A DNA stretch of 44,286 nucleotides from Atractiella rhizophila. Taxonomy: Eukaryota. The stretch lies in contig MU271480.1 of assembly GCA_021432655.1 (NCBI GenBank), positions 11,600-55,885 of the forward strand, read 5' to 3'. Of this stretch, positions 26,822 to 37,459 are shown one piece after another. The stretch's first letter is position 1; every line of letters starts with the position of its first letter. The position numbers were made by a program, and so were the translations under genes. Under the pieces are notes generated by a model, which saw nothing but the letters and a program-made list of their open reading frames with translations, was not told the DNA's origin and ran no database searches.

Positions 26822-27337
26822 ATTTAGGCACAGATTTTAGTTACTGCTGTGGTGGGAAATAGTCGTCACTGCAAGCACTGACATGATAAGACGGGATGCC
26901 TCGGTGATAAGGACAAAGGAGTTGTGAGTCCACAAGGGCTCGGAGGGGTTTGAAAAGCTGTTTGAAAGGGCGAAGAAAAGAAGTTTCCATCGGCGATGTC
27001 GTGTTCAATATCTCGAGTTCTTGACGTGCGGGTAAGAAATTTTTACGGTCGAAATTTCTTATCTCGACTGATCAGTTGACGTGTATGTAATATTGTTGTA
27101 AAATAGGAGTAAGAGGGCGGTATCGTATGGCGTGTGATGACGGGATGTTGCAGCAATCTGGAACACGAATAGATAGATAATGTAGGAGCTCGGTGAGGTC
27201 CAAGTTCGAGATGTCAGATCGCATCAGCGTCTCTGAGCTCGAGCTTCCGCGTGTGGGCACAAATATAAAGCATCTTTGGAAACATTCTTGATCCCCCTCT
27301 GACTGCCATCACCTGCATTCCTTCTTGACGAGGCAGA

Positions 27338-28725
27338 ATGAGCTCTTCCCCCATGCTCCCAACATGGAATGGGACTGTCAGCACCTTCGAGGACGCGTGC
27401 ACACTCATCCTCGCCGTTCGAAAAGGGTTGCTACCAGAAGTCAAGAGAAAGCTGAACAAGAGGGAGAAGGCGGAGTTGATACGCCCTGGCAATGTTTTCG
27501 TTTTCGAGGAGGGAAGGAGCGGAGTAGTGCGCTGGAACGATCATCTCAAGGTACGCCATTTTTACGTGATTGTCGCAGCTCGCTTCGGTCGCACGAATAT
27601 TCAATAATGAGTAATTGTTGTCGGGAGTAGTGGTACGGAGCTAGATATTCTGGTTGTTTCATTCTCTATGACGAACGACCGGACGACACTTCCAATACCC
27701 AGGGAATGCTGACGAGAAAGACTGTGTCTGTCAACTGTGCGGGAACGGACGAGAGATATCACGTCATTGCTTATTTGGATGGAGAGGAGAAGCGCCGCGT
27801 GACCATGGATGACCGTCTTCGAGGATTAGTTGTGAACGTTGCCGACTTCAGCCACTCAAGGAGCGCGAAGAGGGCGAAGGAAGAACCAGAGGACGACCTG
27901 GATGGACTGCCAACGATCAAATCGCCGCCTAAGCGCAGGCAGAGCACAGGTTCGGTTGCAGTCATCCATGCCCCTCCAGCTCCTCAGCAATCGAAGACTC
28001 CTCCAACCCCAATCCCAACTCCTCAACACCAACCAGAAAAGCTGAAGCAGATTCCCTCTCTCCCCCAATCGACAGACGGACCGCAGGATCCCCCTCTTCC
28101 CACCCCTCCACTTTTTTCACACCTCCCGCCTCCTTCATCAGAACCCTGGACGTCTCTCCCCCTGCCAGACCCTACCCCAGTCCGAACACTGCTCATTCCC
28201 TCCCGACCCCTACCTCGCTCAGAGAGCGAAGATTCCCTCGCATCTGGGGATGGGGAGCGTGAGGCTCCTGCATCGTCGAGGCCGAAGAAGCGACGAAGGA
28301 CGTCGAATCTAAGCGCGGTAGGCGGTGGAGAGGAGACGACGGAGACATTGGTAGAGAAGGAGGAGAAAGCGGAGGAGAGGAGGAGGAAGAATGCGCTCGC
28401 AGCGAGGAAGTGCAGGGCACAAAAAGCGTCCTATATTGAGAGTCTTGAGAAGAGACTAGCAGAAGCGACTTCGTTGCTAGGAGCGAGTGAAAAGGAGCGC
28501 GAGATGTTGAAGACGGAGAACGAACGGCTGAGGTTAGCGGAGAGCGTGGAGGAGGTTGAAAGATGGAGGGAGAGGTGTCGGCGCCTGGAGGTAGAAATGA
28601 AGGCGCTGAAGGAAAGAGAAATTCAGGAGAGAATGGCGAAGAAGCAGGCGTTGGAGCGAGTGGAATTGATCGGGAGGGATTTGAGCATCTGGCTGATGGA
28701 TCAGAGGAGGATGGATGCCGCCTAA
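27338..28725 (+). CDS. Gti1/Pac2 (WOPR) domain plus bZIP transcription factor, ~435 aa (exons 27338-27550, 27631-28725)
   Basis: WOPRa-like PTWNGTVSTFEDACTLILAVRKGLLPEVKRKLNKREKAELIRPGNVFVFEEGRSGVVRWNDHLK|WYGARYSGCFILYDE; WOPRb-like GMLTRKTVSV...YHVIAY; Pro-rich linker; bZIP basic region RRRKNALAARKCRAQK followed by a heptad coiled coil. A phase-0 GT-AG intron (27551-27630) keeps the frame. Confidence 0.85.
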
Positions 28726-29259
28726 AACCCCAACTTCTTTCTCCTTTTTTAAGTCCTGTGTGTTTCGTTACAATCTTGGATTAACACCAACCAAATCTTT
28801 TCGATTTCTGTTTGGGCTTCTCAGTGTCGGTGTTGTTGGATTAGATTATTCTGAACCTAGCTTGGAAGTTTGACCGCAGGTCAAACTACATTTCTCTGGG
28901 AATGTTTCCGTCATCAGTGCCAGATTCCCTATTGCAATGGAATATTCTGTGGCTCGCGACATATTCATGCTGTCACTACGCAGATAATAATTTGTGCATG
29001 ATCCTCTCATGGATACTACGCGCACCCTCCGTGTTCTAACAATGCCAACGCAGAATTAACGCAACTAGGGCAATATCACAGCGCAATTAATAATGGGAGG
29101 TAATTATATCCTCAAATTTGATGATCGGCGCGCGTTTTAGGGTCAGGGTCATTGTCGGGACGCAACCTCATTTTCCCAGCACTCTTCCGCCCAGTCTTCC
29201 GCCGACATCCACAACGTCTCGACCTAATACTCACCAGATTTTTATTTTATCACGATACA

Positions 29260-30503
29260 ATGGAGTTTAAAGAACTTTTTATTACCCCCACCAAGAAAAT
29301 AAAAGGCTGGGAAAGCGGTCTGAACATCCGAGAGGACGACAGTACCTGTTTGGCAACGCACTGCTTTGGATTACCTCAATGTCTCAAAGAGATGGCCAAG
29401 AAAGACTATATTAGATATTCAATTGATTTGCGCGCTGAGGTTATACGAAAATATGAGCTGCGAGAGGAGGAAACGATCAGGATCGGAGCGTGGTGCACGA
29501 ACCATTTGTTTGTGTCCAGTACGGTCATTTCTTTCCACTTCTTCTGCATGGGCTGAGATGTATCCCGTGATCCACATAGTAGATTGCGATGTTGAAGAGG
29601 CGCTAAATATGAGACACAGATCTGTACCTTTCGCTCAAGGTCAGAGTCTTCTCTCTCTATTCGACAAGATTCTAAAGCCTTCACTGCTTTCATAGGGCCG
29701 TTGGAATCAATGGACATTGAATTTGGACCCCCAGGTTTAGGAATAGACGTTGGAATTCCTAATCCTCCTCCCACTTTGGCCGAAATTGGAGCCATGAGAG
29801 AACAGTGGAGAGAGAGAGAGAGTTTGTCTTCTTCCTCCCAAGGCTGCTTCCATGACTCAATCTTCCTCATAGATTTTGGCTCTTATACATTTGGCTCTTA
29901 TACATTTACTCAAGATGATCCGTGCCCTGGAAAACAAATCCAGTCTATTCCAAACGGTAAGTCACTTTGAACGTTCCTTCAGGAAATGTTGTTCACCAGG
30001 ACGCAGTTCCAGCGCCGGTGGTCTCTATCCCCCATTCGATTTCTCCCAGAACGTCGTCACACGCTTCCAATCGCTGGTCACTTTCCGCAATAGCTTCTGC
30101 AGTTTCCTACGTCCTATCCTTCAAAAAGGAATCCGGCAAAGCAGACAGTACTCCTTTCTATGCTGCATACTCGATCTTCACGCCTTCCACTTTATCAGCT
30201 TCTGTCAGCGCGCAAGCTTCCCGCCTCACTATCCCTGCTATGGAGGCGGAAGAACTGGAACGGAACGTGTCCGAGGGAGATGAAGTCAAGGAAGCGACGG
30301 TCATAAATACTCGGGAGGTCTTGGCTGAAAGGACCGTGAATGAAATCGATGACGATGAAGATTCGGAGACGGAATTTGAAGGAAATTCCTCGGCTACTCT
30401 CTGTGACCAGCAGTGGGAAGGAGGGAAGCATGAGGATCTACATTTGAATAAGCCGTCCCAGATTAGGCAGACCACAACTGAACGCGTTGAGATATTGTTC
30501 TGA
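29260..30503 (+). CDS. Hypothetical protein (about 4 exons), copy A
   Basis: ATG at 29260 (MEFKELF). Plausible ~50-60-nt GT-AG introns link the ORFs at 29152-29556, 29366-29695, 29701-29970 and 29967-30503 in frame. No domain recognised. Confidence 0.55.
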
Positions 30504-31729
30504 GGAACTGGTCAATTGACCCTTCTTCGAAGGAGTTGCGCTTGCCGTTTCTCTTCCGCTTCTTGCCTCGTTACTTCATCAGCAGCATCGTGCACATATT
30601 TATATTATCTTTATGGTATTATGACTTCGATCAGCGGTTGTGTCGATCTTGACCTGCCAAAATCTCTTCATCTCCCCATGTTTCTAATTACTCCTTTCTG
30701 ATCATATTAGGTCGACCGTGTCACTCGTCTACTATTCTTTGTTCTTTGGTTTGTGATAGTTATGTGTCCATAAATAACATTTATTTCATCTCAAACTCTC
30801 GTGCAGATGCCGGCTCAACATGGGCTATTCCTCGACTCCAAACTGTCCCAATTCTTATATTTTCAACTTCCGTTGATCTTATTTCAAGGGTGGTTCTTCC
30901 ACAAGGCGTGCTGTCCTATCTCTTGGAGCGTAACGAGAGCGGGAAAGCAGAGCTGAGTATAGAGACGTTTCGGAGATAGCAACGCATCGTCCTGTTCCGC
31001 CTAGGAGGAAAGGTGTCGCATAGAAAAGGACGTGTCGCTGTCAAAGAGAAGCTGCGGGACAACTAAAGAAGGTGAGATCGGCAAAGAAGTGGAAAGCAGA
31101 CCTCTGAACCAGCATCAGGCGTTAGGTGCCGGACTAGAAGAGCTAGCATTGCCTTTCCAGTACCTTCTGTCAAGTCAGTTTATTTTCTAGAGATTATCAC
31201 AACAACTTTCGGCAATGGTTACTCTCCAACATCTCCCCTCCCCTCCTGGTCTTTCTGATCAGATGAACAGTTGTTTCCTGGCTTTGTTGCAAAGCTTGTT
31301 CCAGTTGAAACCGTGTACCTGAACGCCTAATCGTCCCTTCTGCAACAAGCTGAATTGGCTCACGAGTGGTAGAAAAGTGGTGCTTACTTTAGGATTCATT
31401 TAAGAAGACGTAAAAGGAATGTATACACCGTCGATTCCTGCATCTGAAATTTATTGTAGGATGGCTCCAGCATTCAAGGGAGAAAGTGATCCAACCTGAG
31501 AGCTTGCTCTTGGTGAACTGATCCCAATCGTGGAACGACAAACGAAAACGCCTGACCTTGGGATATCCCCGTCGAGTTGAGCTTCTATCGTCCTCATTCA
31601 CTCAGGTTCATACGCAAAATGCGGAAATACATACATCGAAGCCACAATCATAGTTAATGGAGGGATGGCAATTCATGACATTAGCTAACAGTGTGCAACA
31701 AGCAGGACTGATGAATGCTCATGGATTTG
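29291..31729 (+). repeat. ~2.44-kb direct repeat, copy A
   Basis: Near-identical to 32751-35192 (offset 3459-3464; scattered SNPs and small indels). Confidence 0.95.
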
Positions 31730-31900
31730 ATTCGGTCTCAGTGTTGAGCTTCAAGGAGGTGAAGTTATCACCTTGTTGTTGAGTCAGGAAGAAATATAAG
31801 TGCGGAGACAGTCATGCTGAATGCCCAAACAAACTCGCCCATCAAGCTCAGGCAAGGAAAACGATCGAGCAGTATTGATCCACAGAATAAATCAAAAAGT

Positions 31901-32640
31901 ATGGTTGCAATAAGCACGTAGGTGCCTCATCATGACCTTTACTAACTTCACACCCCGAGCTGTGTCATTATAGTTCCGATAACGTACGATTTGAAGTCCC
32001 TCTGGACACCGTTCGTCGTTTCGGAATATTCAAGGAATTCGATGGTAAGACAGTAAGAGATTCTTGAAAGGAGTCAATGATTGATTCGTTTGTAGACTCT
32101 TCCAAATCGGAAGAAGAGGTTCTCCCTCTGCCATCTGTTCCAGCTTCAGCATTCAGAAAGGTGTTAGAGTGGGCGGACAACACTCCCATTCAACTCACCC
32201 CACCCCCGGATTTGGAGCATGCTCAACGCAGGCCTGTCGGAGCCACGGCATGGGAAAAGGCATTCGTAGAGGAGATGGAACAAGATCCTCTCTTCGAACT
32301 TATTCTGGCTGCTAATTATCTCGACCTGAAACCATTGCTGTTGGTTCACTGGCAGTTCCTTTGAAGGAGTTGATGACAAAGATGCCAGTGATCTTTGCTG
32401 CGGCGACGTTGGCAGGAGAATAAAGGGCAAGAGTCCCGAAGAAATCAGGACCTTGTTTAATATCAGTGCGGTTTTTACACTTGTCGGATTGTGGGAAACT
32501 GAGTTCAGCTTAGCCAATAACTTTACGCCAGAGGAAGAAGCTCAAATCAGGCAAGAAAATGTGAGAGCAGACGAAAGTTAATCCTGGAAAACAACTTCCC
32601 ATTCAATAGTCCACAGTGGCTTTGTTTGGAGTGGGCTGAC
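31901..32640 (+). CDS. Divergent SKP1-like protein (3' end uncertain)
   Basis: Spliced product MVAISTSDNVRFEV...LPLPSVPASAFRKVLEW...[71 protein letters not shown], with 4-5 short introns. Confidence 0.88.
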
Positions 32641-32717
32641 AAGCAAAGCCCCGAAATACGTGTTATAGAAATCTTGAAAATACGAAGTACGAGCACTTTC
32701 CGAACTGATATGATTTT

Positions 32718-32718
<1 letters not shown>

Positions 32719-32750
<32 letters not shown>
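32719..32750 (+). repeat. Poly(A) tract, 32 nt
   Basis: Directly visible; abuts the start of repeat copy B. Confidence 0.97.
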
Positions 32751-32752
<2 letters not shown>

Positions 32753-33962
32753 AAGAAATTAAAAGGCTGGGAAAGCGGTCTGAACATCCGAGAGGACGAC
32801 AGTACCTGTTTGGCAACGCACTGCTTTGGATTACCTCAAAATCTCAAAGAGATGGCCAAGAAAGACTATATTAGATATTCAATTGACTTGCGAGCTGAGG
32901 TTATACGAAAATATGAGCTGCGAGAGGAGGAAACGATCAGGATCGGAGCGTGGTGCACGAACCATTTGTTTGTGTCCAGTACGTCATTTCTTTCCCCTTC
33001 TTCTGCATGGGCTGAGATGTATCCCTTGATCCACATAGTAGATTGCGATGTTGAAGAGGCGCTAAATATGAGACACAGATCTGTACCTTTCGCTCAAGGT
33101 CAGAGTCTTCTCTCTCTATTCGACAAGATTCTAAAGCCTTCACTGCTTTCATAGGGCCGTTGGAATCAATGGACATTGAATTTGGACCCCCAGGTTTAGG
33201 AATAGACGTTGGAATTCCTAATCCTCCTCCCACTTTGGCCGAAATTGGAGCCATGAGAGAACAGTGGAGAGAGAGAGAGAGTTTGTCTTCTTCCTCCCAA
33301 GGCTGCTTCCATGACTCAATCTTCCTCATAGATTTTGGCTCTTATACATTTGGCTCTTATACATTTACTCAAGATGATCCGTACCCTGGAAAACAAATCC
33401 AGTCTATTCCAAACGGTAAGTCACTTTGAACGTTCCTTCGGGAAATGTTGTTCACCAGGACGCAGTTCCAGCGCCGGTGGTCTCTATCCCCCATTCGATT
33501 TCTCCCAGAACGTCGTCACACGCTTCCAATCGCTGGTCACTTTCCGCAATAGCTTCTGCAGTTTCCTACGTCCTATTCTTCAAAAAGCAATCCGGCAAAG
33601 CAGACAGTACTCCTTTCTATGCTGCATACTCGATCTTCACGCCTTCCACTTTATCAGCTTCTGTCAGCGCGCAAGCTTCCCGCCTCACTATCCCTGCTAT
33701 GGAGGCGGAAGAACTGGAACGGAACGCGTCCGAGGGCGATGAAGTCAAGGAAGCGACGGTCATAAATACTCGGGAGGTCTTGGCTGAAAGGACCGTGAAT
33801 GAAATCGATGACGATGAAGACTCGGAGACGGAATTTGAAGGAAATTCCTCGACTACTCTCTGTGACCAGCAGTGGGAAGGAGGGAAGCATGAGGATCTAC
33901 ATTTGAATAAGCCGTCCCAGATTAGGCAGACCACAACTGAACGCGTTGAGATATTGTTCTGA
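32751..33962 (+). pseudogene. 5'-truncated copy B of the hypothetical gene at 29260
   Basis: Lacks the promoter, ATG and first ~10 codons of copy A (poly(A) lies in their place); the remaining exons are still open. Confidence 0.5.
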
Positions 33963-35192
33963 GGAACTGGTCAATTGACCCTTCTTCGAAGGAGTTGCGC
34001 TTGCCATTTCTCTTCCGCTTCTTGCCTCGTTACTTGCCTTCATCAGCAGCATCGTGCACATATTTATATTATCTTTATGGTATTATGACTTCGATCAGCG
34101 TTGTGTCGATCTTGACCTGCCAATATCTCTTCATCTCCCCCATGTTTCTAATTACTCCTTTCTGATCATATTAGCTCGACCGTGTCACTCGTCTACTATT
34201 CTTTGTTCTTTGGTTTGTGATAGTTATGTGTCCATAAATAACATTTATTTCATCTCAAACTCTCGTGCAGATGCCAGCTCAACATGGGCTATTCCTCGAG
34301 TCGAAACTGTCCCAATTCTTATATTTTCAACTTCCTTTGATCTTATTTCAAGGGTGGTTCCTCCACAAGGCGTGCTGTCCTATCTCTTGGAGCGTAACGA
34401 GAGCGGGAAAGCAGAGCTGAATATAGAGACGTTTCGGAGATAGCAACGCATCGTCCTGTTCCGCCTAGGAGGAAAGGTGTCGCATAGAAAAGGACGTGTC
34501 GCTGTCAAAGAGAAGCTGCGGGACAACTAAAGAAGGTGAGATCGGCAAAGAAGTGGAAAGCAGACCTCTGAACCAGCATCAGGCGTTAGGTGCCGGACTA
34601 GAAGAGCTAGCATTGCCTTTCCAGTACCTTCTGTCAAGTCAGTTTATTTTCTAGAGATTATCACAACAACTTTCGGCAATGGTTACTCTCCAACATCTCC
34701 CCTCCCCTCCTGGTCTTTTGATCAGATGAACAGTTGTTTCCTGGCTTTGTTGCAAAGCTTGTTCCAGTTGAAACCATGTACCTGAACGCCTAATCGTCCC
34801 TTCTGCAACAAGCTGAATTGGCTCACGAGTGGTAGAAAAGTGGTGCTTACTTTAGGATTCATTTAAGAAGACGTAAAAGGAATGTATACACCGTCGATTC
34901 CTGCATCTGAAATTTATTGTAGGATGGCTCCAGCATTCAAGGGAGAAAGTGATCCAACCTGAGAGCTTGCTCTTGGTGAACTGATCCCAATCGTGGAACG
35001 ACAAACGAAAACGCCTGACCTTGGGATATCCCCGTCGAGTTGAGCTTCTATCGTCCTCATTCACTCAGGTTCATACGCAAAATGCGGAAATACATACATC
35101 GAAGCCACAATCATAGTTAATGGAGGGATGGCAATTCATGACATTAGCTAACAGTGTGCAACAAGCAGGACTGATGAATGCTCATGGATTTG
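32751..35192 (+). repeat. ~2.44-kb direct repeat, copy B
   Basis: Near-identical to 29291-31729; homology ends at ...ctcatggatttg. Confidence 0.95.
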
Positions 35193-35443
35193 CGATTTAT
35201 AAACTCTCGCTACTGAGTGGAACTCATGTGAAGATGAGGATGAGAAGAACGTGACCTGGAAATACAAAGAAGGTATATGGCACTGCAATCTGCTTAAAGT
35301 TGTGCAAAAACAAGGATCCAGCGATGATATAAGACAGTCGGAATACAAATGGAACTTTGAAGCCTGGGTAATACGAAGAACGATAACAATACATCCAACT
35401 GTACCGCCGATCTAAACGTGTCCACTCGATCCTCTTCGCCAAA

Positions 35444-37459
35444 TCAGAAGTGGAACTCCCCAACCGCCTGTCATGAAGTAAATCAGTAATTTCCTTTAGG
35501 GGGTGAGAGGAAAAGGAAGCGTACAGGTCCGAAGCCATCTGGTGGCAGTTCGAGTCGTGGGCATTTGCGTCCATCGCAGTTATCTGCCATAGAGTTCAGA
35601 TTAAAAGGTACCCAAATGGTAAAAATCTCACCCTCCCATACGGTATTGCCCCACCAGACCGGTTGGTGATCCACAAACTGGAGAGAGAAGAACCATATCA
35701 CGCCAAAGATAGCGACCGACGCGGTCAGGGCAGTTGCGAGGACGTAGTTATCTGGAAGTGTGCCGTTGTTAGACTTTGGCATACACCTGAGACAAAAGAA
35801 ACGAACATTTGGACCACCACGCGAGATAGCGCTTCCTGACGAAATACTGGAAGAATATGGCGAACCACAGGCCAGGGAAGGCCAGATGGCTCAAGTTGTA
35901 AGGCGCCCATCCGAGTCCACCATCTGTCGGTGAAGGCTAATCAGCAAGTGGCTGTCAACGAAGAGAGGGGAAGACGCACTGAAGAAGGCGGGGACATGAA
36001 CGTATTTGAACCAACTTCGTGGATATCGTCGTGCGAGGAACCAGAAGGGGATCGGAGCGACGGCGCCAATGAGGAATCCATATGTGCATACATGGTATAT
36101 CTGCTCTCACGTTCAGCGTCGATCCCATTTCGCAAAAACCAGGCTAAACGTACCCCTCCCTGAGAGTACATTTTTGCGGGTCCAATCACGCCCCTGCGCT
36201 CACCATCAGCTAGTACTCGACGTCGTAATGAATTGTGCGGACCAAACAACAGCAGCGGAGAAGAAGGTATTGTATCCTGGACAAGTGAAGTGAGCACTTT
36301 GGTTTGGTGTACATAGGTTATCGATGTGTAGAATTTGCCAGCTATTACAAAGTCAATGATCGGCTGTCTTCGATGAAGGAAATGGACAGACTTGATGACA
36401 CCTAAAGAAACAAAAGCGGCCCAAACGGTAGCAATTGTTTGAGCCCAAAACTGCAGTCTGCACACGAAGATCCTCCATCAGGTCTATCCAAGGAACTATG
36501 GGAAAGACATACCTTGGAGACAACTTGAGATAGTGCCCCAGCTTGAGGTCGGATGCGTAAGTGATAGCTTGGGACGTGACGAGAAGACCATAGGATTTGA
36601 AGAGCATGTTGGCGAGTGGTTTTCCGGGAAGAGCGTAGCCACCGATCAGTTCAGCTATGGTTCCCAAGTCAATCAATCTGCTCAAATGTTGTACAAGGCA
36701 AGGCGATAAGACGCACCAATGACGTTGAGTGTGATTTGGACATTTCCAACAGCGGTGATCATTCCAGCAGGGACGACAAAGATGAAAGCGAGAGCAATGC
36801 AAATGACAAATCCCCAAATTGGGAACTGGGTATCGTAGACTGTTGTCATTGTTCAGTACCACGACCTCTTCGATGGTTGCAGGAGTTACTTACTCTCGAC
36901 CATGACGATTCCGCAAGTCAAGGAAACAACCATGATACAACCGAACCCTTCAACCGACCAGATGAGCCTTGACAAACGTGGATAAGACAGAAAGACATAC
37001 ACCACTCCGGGACCCTGCCATTGACATCAACTCAGAAACCAGAAAAGAGAGAACGAGCAGGTAGACGCACTCGGCATAATTTCTCATCAATCGGTTGTGA
37101 AGGTCATTATAACCCGTCTGTGCGTTCTTCCACTCCTTCATCGCGCGGAACCCATCGATAATGGGCTTATAATGGTACAAGGCGGCATGTACGAGACCCG
37201 CGGTGTAGAAGGCGAAGAAGAATCCGTACAGGAGCGCGTTAGCCGCTCCCCAATATGCTTCATGCCATCCATTAGAAAGAGGACAAGAAATAGATGAGGT
37301 GCCAAGAAAGACGAACCGGGACTATAATTGTTGTAAGCCTCCTTGTCGAGTGTATGCTCGCTTGTCAGGATCCTCGATACGTTGTATCGATGTCCGTTCC
37401 GGTCCCAAAGGTGATTATCGTTCAATGGCAGATATCCTGTCTGCCAGATGTTCGAGTAC
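35444..37459 (-). pseudogene. OPT family oligopeptide transporter, C-terminal half only
   Basis: YSNIWQTGYLPLNDNHLWDRNGHRYNVSRIL, HNRLMRNYAE, AELIGGYALPGKPLANMLFKSYG, DLKLGHYLKLSPR, YVLATAL, WWGNTV, terminal GPAVGEFHF-TGA at 35444. No N-terminal OPT exons found upstream within the window. Confidence 0.8.

Noticed and set aside
29136..29151. Telomere-like ttagggtcagggtca
   Set aside because: Only two imperfect units; expected by chance.
29519..29579. Apparent frameshift between copies A and B (gtacgg versus gtacgt)
   Set aside because: The 1-nt indel falls within a predicted intron.
29875..29907. 15-bp tandem repeat tttggctcttataca x2 (FGSYT twice)
   Set aside because: Simple in-frame slippage present in both copies; no further structure.
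31901..32750. SKP1 processed retrocopy suggested by the poly(A) tract
   Set aside because: The gene retains several introns.
29291..35192. LTR retrotransposon interpretation of the long direct repeats
   Set aside because: No TG...CA termini, primer-binding site or gag/pol recognised; the repeats contain intron-bearing host-like sequence.
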